A stretch of DNA of 62,932 nucleotides, counting the filler, from Octopus bimaculoides (Eukaryota): the NCBI RefSeq assembly GCF_001194135.2. It is 6 parts of 5 records of this genome, joined end to end, with 100 filler letters (N's around TTAATTAATTAA, not from the genome) between each part and the next. Parts side by side here need not be neighbours in the genome. Positions count along the whole stretch, not along the records: positions 38,524 to 53,800 come from NC_068994.1; positions 53,901 to 60,021 come from NC_069007.1; positions 60,122 to 62,932 come from NC_068989.1; 3 more parts are not named here. The stretch is one strand, 5' to 3'. The notes under the pieces were generated by a model. That model was not told the origin of the DNA. It did no database searches and saw nothing but the letters and a program-made list of their open reading frames with translations. This document shows positions 53,021 through 62,932 of this stretch, one piece after another. The position numbers and the translations under genes were made by a program. Each line of letters begins with the position of its first letter. Position 1 is the stretch's first letter.

Positions 53021-53439
53021 AGATATGCAGGGCAGGGAATCGTCAATTAGTAATAAAATTAATAATTAACAATTTTGCCGGGTAGCTCAGTATGAAAAAA
53101 CCTTCTTCGGTAAAAAACATTTATAATCATAAATATATAGGGATTGACAGTAACCTGCTTCTCCAACATACTGAGAATTCAGAAATAGCAGTCAAAGAAC
53201 TACTGATTTCAAAACTACAAATTATTACTCCAGATTAATTTGTAGTTTTGAAATCAGTATTTCTTTGACTGCTATTTCTGAATTCTCAGTATGTTGGAGA
53301 AGCAGGTTACTGTCAATCCCTATATATTTATGATTATAAATGTTTTTTACCGAAGAAGGTTTTTTCATACTGAGCTACCCGGCAAAATTGTTAATTATTA
53401 ATTTTATTACTAATTGACGATTCCCTGCCCTGCATATCT
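53021..53439. repeat. 419-bp palindrome: 204-bp arms, 11-nt loop (53225-53235), one mismatch
   Basis: The right arm is the reverse complement of the left arm except AAAGAACTAC versus AAAGAAATAC; centre at 53230; flanked by TA tracts. Confidence 0.92.
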
Positions 53440-54582
53440 ATATATATATCTATATATATATATGTATGTAGCTACATACATTCGAACATACATACCTAGA
53501 CACATATCTGTGTGAGCGTGCACTCATACATACATATATTCCTACATACATAATACATGCATACATACATACATACATACATACATAAATGTACACACTT
53601 ACACGCACACATACATACATACATACATACATACATACATACATACAAACATAAATGTATACACTTATAACAATCAACACTCAATGAACACATACGACAG
53701 TCTGGTTTCACGTTCCTTCTCTCCCTCCTTCCTCTTCCTTCTTTTCTCCTCCACCTTCTTCTCCTCTCCCACCGCCTCCTATTTCATCGATTTATCTATT
53801 NNNNNNNNNNNNNNNNNNNNNNNNNNNNNNNNNNNNNNNNNNNNTTAATTAATTAANNNNNNNNNNNNNNNNNNNNNNNNNNNNNNNNNNNNNNNNNNNN
53901 ATATACAAACATATTTATATATGTATGTATGTATAAATATGTGTGTTTATATTTACACTCTCACATGTGTATGTATAAATAGAGAGGTGGAGTGAGTAAA
54001 TGAAAGGCACGTTGTCAAACTGCGGAACAATGCATTATGTTTATGTTTGTTTATTTATCTTGTGTTCTTTTTTTGTGTGTGTTTTACTTTTAACTGTATA
54101 TTTTCCCCTTTCTTTGAACAATCACAAAAAATATAGCTCGCACGCACACACACTCACGATCACACACACACACACGCACACACACACAAACATGTGCACA
54201 CTGACGAAGCACATAGGAGGTGGTGAGTGGTATGAAGAGGTGGGTAAAGGTGGGAAACTGTTTGGTAGAGGTGATGGGAGCTGGCAGAGGATTGAAAGAT
54301 GAAAGGAACAGGAAAAACAACTCAAACAAAAAACGCCGCATTCGGTTAATCCATATTGCTACAAAATAGGAGGAGTCTTTACATATAACATGTATTTTTT
54401 TGTATGGTGAGGTTTGTTTCGCATTGTATGTTGGTGTTTGGGTGTCTACAGATGTTGTTTCGTTGTGTAAGATATTATATATATATATATATATATATAT
54501 NNNNNNNNNNNNNNNNNNNNNNNNNNATATATAAACATACATATATACATACATACATATACATACATACATATACATACAT

Positions 54583-54633
<51 letters not shown>

Positions 54634-56057
54634 TAGAAATATATAAGGATATTACTGTTAATAATTTGCAACAATATCAGTAACTATCATATGTAAAAGA
54701 ACCAATTTTGCATACATATGTATATATATATGTGTATAAATATATGCATATATATATACACACACATACATATATGTACATACATACATGCATACATACA
54801 TACATACATACATACATGCATACATGCATGCATACATACATACATACATACATACATGCATACATACATGCATACATACATGCATGCATACATGCACGTA
54901 GGCTTTGTTTAGCGGAAAGGGCGCAGATCCTGTTAATATCTAAGATCCCTAGCTCTTTACTGAACTCTAGATCAGAAATTTTCAGTTGATGTATGCACAT
55001 GTATAAATATATTTTAAACAACTGGAAAATTCCGCCTATTCCAGACTGGTTTGTCGATAGCTTTCCAGCCTCATAACTTAAGGTCTCCAAAAGATAGCTC
55101 TTTTACCTTTTTATTTTTTAGGTTTTATTTTCGTTTTCCGTCTTTTTACTTTCTGCGTTTTCTATACACTACCTTCTCAGTTTTTTTTTTTTTTCGAATT
55201 TCTTCCATTATTCAATTTCTTTTTAGTTCTTTATGATATGTGGTTTGTGACTGACGAATATGTTTGAGTATTTCTCAACATTTAAAGATATGTATTGTGA
55301 CCTTTAAATAAATAATATTTATCTCTCACCAGATGGAGTACTTTTCTGTTGAATTTTCTATCACGGATCAGTACANNNNNNNNNNNNNNNNNNNNNNNNN
55401 NNNNNNNNNNNNNNNNNNNNNNNNNNNNNNNNNNNNNNNNNNNNNNNNNNNNNNNNNNNNNNNNNNNNNNNNNNNNNNNNNNNNNNNNNNNNNNNNNNNN
55501 NNNNNNNNNNNNNNNNNNNNNNNNNNNNNNNNNNNNNNNNNNNNNNNNNNNNNNNNNNNNNNNNNNNNNNNNNNNNNNNNNNNNNNNNNNNNNNNNNNNN
55601 NNNNNNNNNNNNNNNNNNNNNNNNNNNNNNNNNNNNNNNNNNNNNNNNNNNNNNNNNNNNNNNNNNNNNNNNNNNNNNNNNNNNNNNNNNNNNNNNNNNN
55701 NNNNNNNNNNNNNNNNNNNNNNNNNNNNNNNNNNNNNNNNNNNNNNNNNNNNNNNNNNNNNNNNNNNNNNNNNNNNNNNNNNNNNNNNNNNNNNNNNNNN
55801 NNNNNNNNNNNNNNNNNNNNNNNNNNNNNNNNNNNNNNNNNNNNNNNNNNNNNNNNNNNNNNNNNNNNNNNNNNNNNNNNNNNNNNNNNNNNNNNNNNNN
55901 NNNNNNNNNNNNNNNNNNNNNNNNNNNNNNNNNNNNNNNNNNNNNNNNNNNNNNNNNNNNNNNNNNNNNNNNNNNNNNNNNNNNNNNNNNNNNAGAAGAA
56001 GAAGAAGAAGAAGAAGAAGAAGAAGAAGAAGAAGAAGAAGAAGAAGAAGAAGAATCA

Positions 56058-56240
56058 TCGTTTCAAATTTTGGCACAAGGCCAGCAATTTCGGGGGGGTG
56101 GGAGGAGGTAAATCGATTACATCGACCCCCAGTGTTCCACTGGTACTTGTTTAACCGACCCCGAAAGTGAGGAATGGCCAAGTCGATCTCGGCGTAATTT
56201 GAACTCAGAATGTAAAGCTGGACGAAATGTTGCAGATAAG
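56058..56240 (-). mobile_element. SINE family B copy
   Basis: ATCGATTACATCGACCCCCAGTG...TGGTACTTG...GACCCCGAAAG...GAACTCAGAATGTAAAG. Confidence 0.75.
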
Positions 56241-56868
56241 GCAATTGTCCACAATTGTCGTACTGTTTATGAGCACGTGTCCACCACGTGTCCACCACTG
56301 TCCTTTTTATCTCCAGACAATAAAACTGTCTTTTTCCTTAGTGGCATGTCAGTTTTGTAAAATTCTTTATTCCTGACGTTATCCTCCCTTCCCAAGTGGA
56401 GTTGGTCTTCAGTGCCATTTGGTAATTTTGATGCATCCTCTGGAGGTGGAGATAATATTAATAAGTCAAGAATTTGTTGTATGGTATTTGATATAATTGT
56501 ATTTTGTGTTTGCGTATGTGCGTCTATGTATGTATGTTATCAATCAGTTTCATTTCTGTATTTCTTGTCCATAGAGAAAGAGCCGGACTCTAACATAGAT
56601 TCAAGGCTCCTTCATTGGAACTTTTATCAACGTCATCTAGGTATTTGTGCATATGTGTGTGTGTGTGCAGTATTTGGTGTTAGTGTATGCGCAGATTTGT
56701 ATGTTTGTTTTATGGATGCGTTTTTATGTCTAGATGCATGCATATGTAATTTATGTGCTAAATTTTTGGAAAGTTTTACATATCTTTACAGTTCCATTGA
56801 TGGCTTGAATCTGTAGTATGTATGTATGTGCACAGAGAAGGAGACGAGCAGACATAACNNNNNNNNNN

Positions 56869-57175
56869 TGTGAGTGTTTATTGAGCGAAAACACCTAAAG
56901 CTCCACGAGGCTCCGGCAGGGGATGGTGGCGAACCCTGCTGTACTCTTCCACCACAACTTTCTCTCACTCTTACTTCCTGTTTCTGTTGTGCCTGTAATT
57001 CAAAGGGTCAGCCTTGTCACACTGTGTCACGCTGAATATCCCCGAGAACTACGTTAAGGGTACACGTGTCTGTGGAGTGCTCAGCCACTTGCACGTTAAT
57101 ATTACGAGCAGGCTGTTCCGTTGATCGGATCAACTGGAACCATCGTCGTCGTAAGCGACGGAGTGCCAACAACAA
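56869..57175 (+). mobile_element. Young SINE (family of 2326-2447), head hidden in the gap, flanked by a 43-bp direct repeat
   Basis: The body matches the 2326-2447 head. Tail GATCAACTGGAACCATCGTCGTCGTAAGCGACGGAGTGCC(AAC)n. The flanks 56816-56858 and 57177-57219 are identical. Confidence 0.85.
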
Positions 57176-57509
57176 TGTATGTATGTATGTGCACAGAGAA
57201 GGAGACGAGCAGACATAACCTAGTAGACACATCATCTAAAATAATAGCTGATAGATCGCAGGTGTGTTTCGTTGTCTTTCTTGGGAGAACAAACAAACAA
57301 ATGAATGAGGCGCTTCTACTTAATTCATTGCAGTAAATTTAAAGAACTTCTGGGAATTTACCGATGATATCATGGCGACCAATTTAATTGTGAATCGGCG
57401 TAAATTCTACCTGCCACCCACTTATGGCAACCGAATTCCGAGGTAAGTACCACTTGCAGGAATTCCCGTAGATCATAAAATCAATAGCCATTAATATTAC
57501 GATGTGAGA

Positions 57510-57880
57510 TAGCGAGCTCGCAGAATGGCAAACGCGTCAGATAAAATGCTGAGCGGCATCTCTTGTGGCTGTACTTTCTGAGTTCAAATTCCACCTAGGT
57601 CGACTTAATCATTTTTTTTTTTTCGGGGTTGATATAATAAGTACCAGCTGAACCCTGGAGTTGATGTAATCGACTACACACTTCACCGAAAATGTCAAGT
57701 CATTTGTCTATAATAGAAAGGTTTCGCCGGCAAAAATGCTTTTCGGTATTTCGTCCGTTTTACGTTTTAAGGTCAAATGCCTCAGGGGTCAACTTGCCTT
57801 TCAATCTTTAGTAATCAATAAAATAAAGTACCAGTTCAACACTGGGATGGATGTAATCGACTTACACCCCACCCACCACC
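57510..57880 (+). mobile_element. Two tandem SINE family B copies
   Basis: GCGAGCTCGCAGAATGG...CTGAGTTCAAATTCC...GGGGTTGATATAATAAGTACCAG, repeated. Confidence 0.7.
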
Positions 57881-58024
57881 AAAGTGCTGAAATAAAGAAA
57901 CCTCTAATAACGCAAATTAAAATACATATGTATGCCTACTAAAGCGCTATGTGAAGTACAATATTATCTAGTGTATATATAAACATCCTGCTGGTTTGAT
58001 CCTTTAAATACATATAATACTTCC

Positions 58025-58063
<39 letters not shown>

Positions 58064-58162
58064 CATGTATTTATATATACCTACATATATTTATACATAT
58101 ACAGATATTTTCTTCCTTCGCAAACAAGTTCCTAACACACAGCAGTGCATACATACATACAT

Positions 58163-58273
<111 letters not shown>

Positions 58274-58629
58274 TGATGATATATAGATATATAATTACAT
58301 AACGTTTAAAATATATACTTCAGGCAATACGCAGAAAGTCAAAAAACAAGACCAAAACTAGGTTGATAGAAAAAAAAGCGAGATCAAAGCCACAACATCT
58401 GTTTGCACGTAAAATATGTCCCGAGGGACGGCGGCCTGCAAAGACTGTAATTATGTACATACTGTAATTTAGTAAACTACGTTGCTTCAATGTGAAGCAC
58501 ATGTTTTTACAAGGATATAAGAGTTCTTAAGAGCTGGGGTAGGTTTAGCACGGGGTAATTTATGGAGTACCCGATGCACTTTCACGTAATATGAAATGAA
58601 TGGTAATATATGCCCTTTGCTGGTTTCTG

Positions 58630-58968
58630 TCGTTAGATTGCGATCGTACTGGGGCACCGCCTTGAATTTTAATTGAGTAAAATCGACTGTGATGCTAATT
58701 TTAGTCTTTTAGAGCCTGGTATTTATTCTACCGAATCGTTAGGCTATGAGGACGTAAACACACCAACACTGGTTGGGAAGCGGGGAACAAACACAGACAC
58801 AAAGACACACACACAAACACATATATATTTGTATACGACGGGATTTTTTCAGTTCAAGTCTACTAAGTCCATTCACAAAGCTTTGGTCGGCCTGCAGCTA
58901 TAGTAGAAGACATTTGCCCGGAACCATGTGGTTGGGAAGCAAGCTACTTACCATGCAGCCACGCCTAT
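58630..58968 (-). mobile_element. SINE family A, near full length
   Basis: Reverse complement of head, microsatellite and tail. Confidence 0.8.
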
Positions 58969-60121
58969 GATAGAATTTTTTTAAAAANNNNNNNNNNNNN
59001 NNNNNNNNNNNNNNNNNNNNNNNNNNNNNNNNNNNNNNNNNNNNNNNNNNNNNNNNNNNNNNNNNNNNNNNNNNNNNNNNNNNNNNNNNNNNNNNNNNNN
59101 NNNNNNNNNNNNNNNNNNNNNNNNNNNNNNNNNNNNNNNNNNNNNNNNNNNNNNNNNNNNNNNNNNNNNNNNNNNNNNNNNNNNNNNNNNNNNNNNNNNN
59201 NNNNNNNNNNNNNNNNNNNNNNNNNNNNNNNNNNNNNNNNNNNNNNNNNNNNNNNNNNNNNNNNNNNNNNNNNNNNNNNNNNNNNNNNNNNNNNNNNNNN
59301 NNNNNNNNNNNNNNNNNNNNNNNNNNNNNNNNNNNNNNNNNNNNNNNNNNNNNNNNNNNNNNNNNNNNNNNNNNNNNNNNNNNNNNNNNNNNNNNNNNNN
59401 NNNNNNNNNNNNNNNNNNNNNNNNNNNNNNNNNNNNNNNNNNNNNNNNNNNNNNNNNNNNNNNNNNNNNNNNNNNNNNNNNNNNNNNNNNTTCACATAAT
59501 CTCGCGCCGAAAATATCATTTTTATTATTCATTGATGTTGTGGACGCTGTTGTTTTTGCTGTTGTTGTTCTTTTTACGCTTCTTTTTCTTCATATTTTTT
59601 TTTACTTTAGTTTTTCGTGGAGAAATCGGAGAAGGGTTTGGTGGGGGCGTTAGAATGTTTCTTCGTTTGTTTGTTTTTTTTTATTCTGCTTTTTTAGTTT
59701 TTTTTTTCTTTATTTTTGCTGTACCTTATTTTGTCTATTCCTGACACACCTTCTTTGAGAATTTCCTCTTTTTATTTTCGCGCCCCAACTTCCTTCCCAC
59801 AGATGCTTCCTCAAAATAAACATATGCATCTCTGTACGTACGTATGTATGTATGCATGTCTGTCTGTTTGTCTGTCTGTATGTATGTATGTATGCATGTC
59901 TGTCTGTCTGTCTGTCTGTATGTATGTATGTATGCATGTCTGTCTGTCTGTCTGTATATGGGTATGCATAAGTATAGCCATGCATGTATGTGCCTATGTA
60001 TGAGTGTATGTATGTATATATNNNNNNNNNNNNNNNNNNNNNNNNNNNNNNNNNNNNNNNNNNNNTTAATTAATTAANNNNNNNNNNNNNNNNNNNNNNN
60101 NNNNNNNNNNNNNNNNNNNNN

Positions 60122-60322
60122 GCTGTCTACGTAGAGCCGGAGATGTCGCAGTCTCAGCGCGTGTCTGCGCATCATCAACCACGGCATGCCCAGTCCTCCT
60201 TTTAACGGGTGTTGGCAGCAAACGGATCGCCTAACCATCGGAACGCTTCCTTTCCACAAGAAGCGGAAGAGGATGCGCTCCAGTTTGGTGATGGTAGGGT
60301 CGGGACAAGGAACGACGGTCAG
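60122..60322 (-). mobile_element. Tx1/L1-clade LINE ORF2 fragment (post-RT region)
   Basis: VVPCPDPTITKLERILFRFLWKGSVPMVRRSVCCQHPLKGGLGMPWL matches the FLW.G...V......GGLG.P motif; GC-rich with an open frame. Confidence 0.75.
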
Positions 60323-60331
60323 GCGGTAGTA

Positions 60332-60398
<67 letters not shown>

Positions 60399-60675
60399 TG
60401 CATAAATACAATCGTACATATGCAGGGTGGAAGGAAGAGGAGAGAAAGGGTGATGATGCTGAAGACTATGCGAAGAGAAAGTTTCTCCTGGAATGGAGTA
60501 GGGGATGAGTTGGGATGGAATAATTGGCAATGGGGGTAAATGGAACCGGGAACGGGTAAGAACATGATGCGGGTGGTAGGTTATGCTTGGAGCGGTGATG
60601 TTACAGTAAAAGTAAGCTGAAGTAAAAGAATTTTTTTTTAAGTACATATATGTATATACAAACATATATATATAC

Positions 60676-61040
60676 AATTAAAAGGGTAAAGGTTTATCAA
60701 TTTATTAATTTATTAATAAATCAACAATTAATAATTTTTACCAAGCCCTTCGGTATGTAAACACCATTATCGGTGGAGAACTTATTTAAAAGTTCTTATA
60801 CATTTATAAACATAATTAAGGGATCAGCAAACATTTGCTTCACCACATACCGAAGTTCAGAAATAGCAGCTAAAAAAGCTGAGACTCCAACAGATAGCAT
60901 TACTTGTAACTCACAAAGGCAAAACAAGAAGGAAAGACAATGAAAACTAACCATTCGAAGTTAATCATAGACGCGTTTCTGGACTATGAGCGATAACACT
61001 CCATTTCCTTCATCGGTATGATATTCTAGTTGTAAATATA
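60676..61040 (-). mobile_element. TA-embedded element, possibly a Penelope-like pLTR or retrozyme-type unit, carrying a hammerhead-like motif
   Basis: Bounded by TA tracts; carries recurring CATACCGA motifs; 60716-60880 is homologous to the arm of the 53021 palindrome; hammerhead-like fold at 60964-61022. Confidence 0.5.
60964..61022 (-). ncRNA. Minimal type I hammerhead ribozyme-like motif
   Basis: Minus strand ATCATA-CCGATGA-AGGAAATGGAGTGTTATCGCTCATAGTCCA-GAAA-CGCG-TC-TATGAT: 6-bp stem I, stem II hairpin, palindromic stem III (ACGCGT) and GUC cleavage triplet. Deviations from consensus are U4C and an A-A 10.1/11.1 pair. Confidence 0.6.
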
Positions 61041-61747
61041 TATATNNNNNNNNNNNNNNNNNNNNNNNNNNNNNNNNNNNNNNNNNNNNNNNNNNNNNNN
61101 NNNNNNNNNNNNNNNNNNNNNNNNNNNNNNNNNNNNNNNNNNNNNNNNNNNNNNNNNNNNNNNNNNNNNNNNNNNNNNNNNNNNNNNNNNNNNNNNNNNN
61201 NNNNNNNNNNNNNNNNNNNNNNNNNNNNNNNNNNNNNNNNNNNNNNNNNNNNNNNNNNNNNNNNNNNNNNNNNNNNNNNNNNNNNNNNNNNNNNNNNNNN
61301 NNNNNNNNNNNNNNNNNNNNNNNNNNNNNNNNNNNNNNNNNNNNNNNNNNNNNNNNNNNNNNNNNNNNNNNNNNNNNNNNNNNNNNNNNNNNNNNNNNNN
61401 NNNNNNNNNNNNNNNNNNNNNNNNNNNNNNNNNNNNNNNNNNNNNNNNNNNNNNNNNNNNNNNNNNNNNNNNNNNNNNNNNNNNNNNNNNNNNNNNNNNN
61501 NNNNNNNNNNNNNNNNNNNNNNNNNNNNNNNNNNNNNNNNNNNNNNNNNNNNNNNNNNNNNNNNNNNNNNNNNNNNNNNNNNNNNNNNNNNNNNNNNNNN
61601 NNNNNNNNNNNNNNNNNNNNNNNNNNNNNATATATATATGCATGTATGTATGTATGTATGTATGTATGTAAGTATGTATGTATATATATATATGTATGTA
61701 TGTATGTATGTGTGTGTGTATGTACGTATAGATGTATAGATGTATGT

Positions 61748-61807
<60 letters not shown>

Positions 61808-62239
61808 AACGAAGGAATAGACAAGGAAAGAATGAGACAGTAGAAGGAAGAAATAAACGAAAGAAAGAAGTTATTAATGTGAAGGATCAGCCCCTAATAA
61901 AAAGCAAAAGTGACTTTTGAATGTATTAAGCAGAAGTAGAAGCTGGCAGTAATTAACGGTGAAGACCTGTAGCGGTTCGTTGAGTAGATGTTGGGTAGGA
62001 TTATATCAATCATGATGATGATGGCGGTATTGGTGGCGGTGTTGGTTTTGAAGATGGTGCTGGTGACGACGTTGGCGCTATGGTGATGATGGGGATGATG
62101 ATGATGGTTGTGGTGTTATAATAGTGTTATAATAGAAGACATCGCGGTGGTGGCGGTGAGGTAGCTCAAAACGGTGGTGGTGGGGTAGCTCAAAGCGAGG
62201 GATCAAAGGTTCTTCTTGAGCTATAGGCTCAAAAGCGTT

Positions 62240-62405
62240 GGTTTACCGGATTCCGTCGAAGGATTACTCATTTTTGCCAGCTGAGTGGACTGGACCAACG
62301 TAAAATTGAAGCGTCTTGTTCAAAAACCTAATGCATCGTCCAGTCCTGGAATCGAAACCGCGATCTTTCGATCACGAGTGCGACAAGCTTATCACTAAGG
62401 CACCC
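62240..62405 (-). mobile_element. SINE family D head
   Basis: CAGCTGAGTGGACTGGA...GTCTTGTTC...CCTGGAATCGAAACCGCGATC (reverse complement of a tRNA-like head). Confidence 0.65.
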
Positions 62406-62489
62406 ATTTCCACGATGAAAAAGATAGGGAGATTCTAGTGGTGAAACGGTAGTGTGAAGGTTTTGACATATTTCCTTTTCTTCCTGGTA

Positions 62490-62700
62490 CTTCGTCGGTT
62501 ACGACGACGAAGGTTCCAGTTGATCTGATCAACGGAACCGCCTTCTCGTGAAATTAACGTGCAAGCGGTTGAGCACTCGACAGACACGCGTACTCTTAAC
62601 GTAATTCTCAACAATAATAATAATAATAATATCATTTGTCTGCATATATATATATTCTCAGGGAGACACAAAATATGACAAGGCCGGCCCCTTGGAGCGT
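62490..62700 (-). mobile_element. SINE tail of the 56869 family, interrupted by an (AAT)n/TA insert flanked by ATTCTCA
   Basis: ACGACGACGAAGGTTCCAGTTGATCTGATCAACGGAAC is the reverse complement of the 57110-57160 tail. Confidence 0.7.
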
Positions 62701-62897
62701 ATTGTGCGTATTTTGTGCGTGACTTTTGGTCCACCCTTCATATGTATCAACCGTTACCATCAGCATGGCTATTATATCCCTTCTCACTGTTTTGAGACAT
62801 GTAGCATCATTCTACCATTCCAAATATGATGACCAACAACAATAACAGGAAACTTCGAGGTCACAAGAAATAGCAACCAAGTATTTAAATATATATA

Positions 62898-62932
<35 letters not shown>

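Noticed and set aside
50725-56310. Small local tandem duplications (11-mer at ~50727, 17-mer at ~50925, 12-mer containing CACGTG at ~56273)
   Set aside because: Ordinary slippage duplications with no further structure.
59530-59825. K/N-rich minus-strand frames near the Tx1/L1 fragment
   Set aside because: Low-complexity and broken by stops; could be a LINE ORF1 remnant but there is no diagnostic motif.

Overview
AT-rich eukaryotic genomic DNA from a gapped draft assembly, with many N-runs and five artificial 44N-TTAATTAATTAA-44N spacers. It is saturated with microsatellites and tRNA-derived SINEs; the repeat repertoire suggests a cephalopod, probably Octopus (inference). There is no intact long gene, CRISPR array, rRNA or functional tRNA. 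Decayed mobile elements recognisable from translation or termini are: a maT/DD37D-type transposon (3.1-4.0 kb), a mariner (40.1-41.1 kb, plus a lone 5' end at 14.1 kb), pogo/Tigger pieces (19.6, 43.4, 48.0 kb), a non-autonomous Helitron (15.2-16.1 kb), three R4/Dong-type LINEs sitting in (TAA)/(AAC) repeats (22.3-28.6 kb), a Gypsy pol fragment (29.1-30.7 kb), and RTE and Tx1/L1 fragments. A few minus-strand exon candidates point to an unidentified host gene whose introns may span much of the window. The most interesting signals are RNA-structural: a minimal type I hammerhead-ribozyme-like motif (60964-61022, minus) in a TA-embedded element; a 419-bp near-perfect palindrome (53021-53439) built from a relative of that element; a second cluster of hammerhead-core-like motifs with a 30-bp direct repeat (12.9-13.2 kb); and a 1.2-kb fold-back element with a third arm. 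All family calls come from motif recognition by eye; no database search was run.
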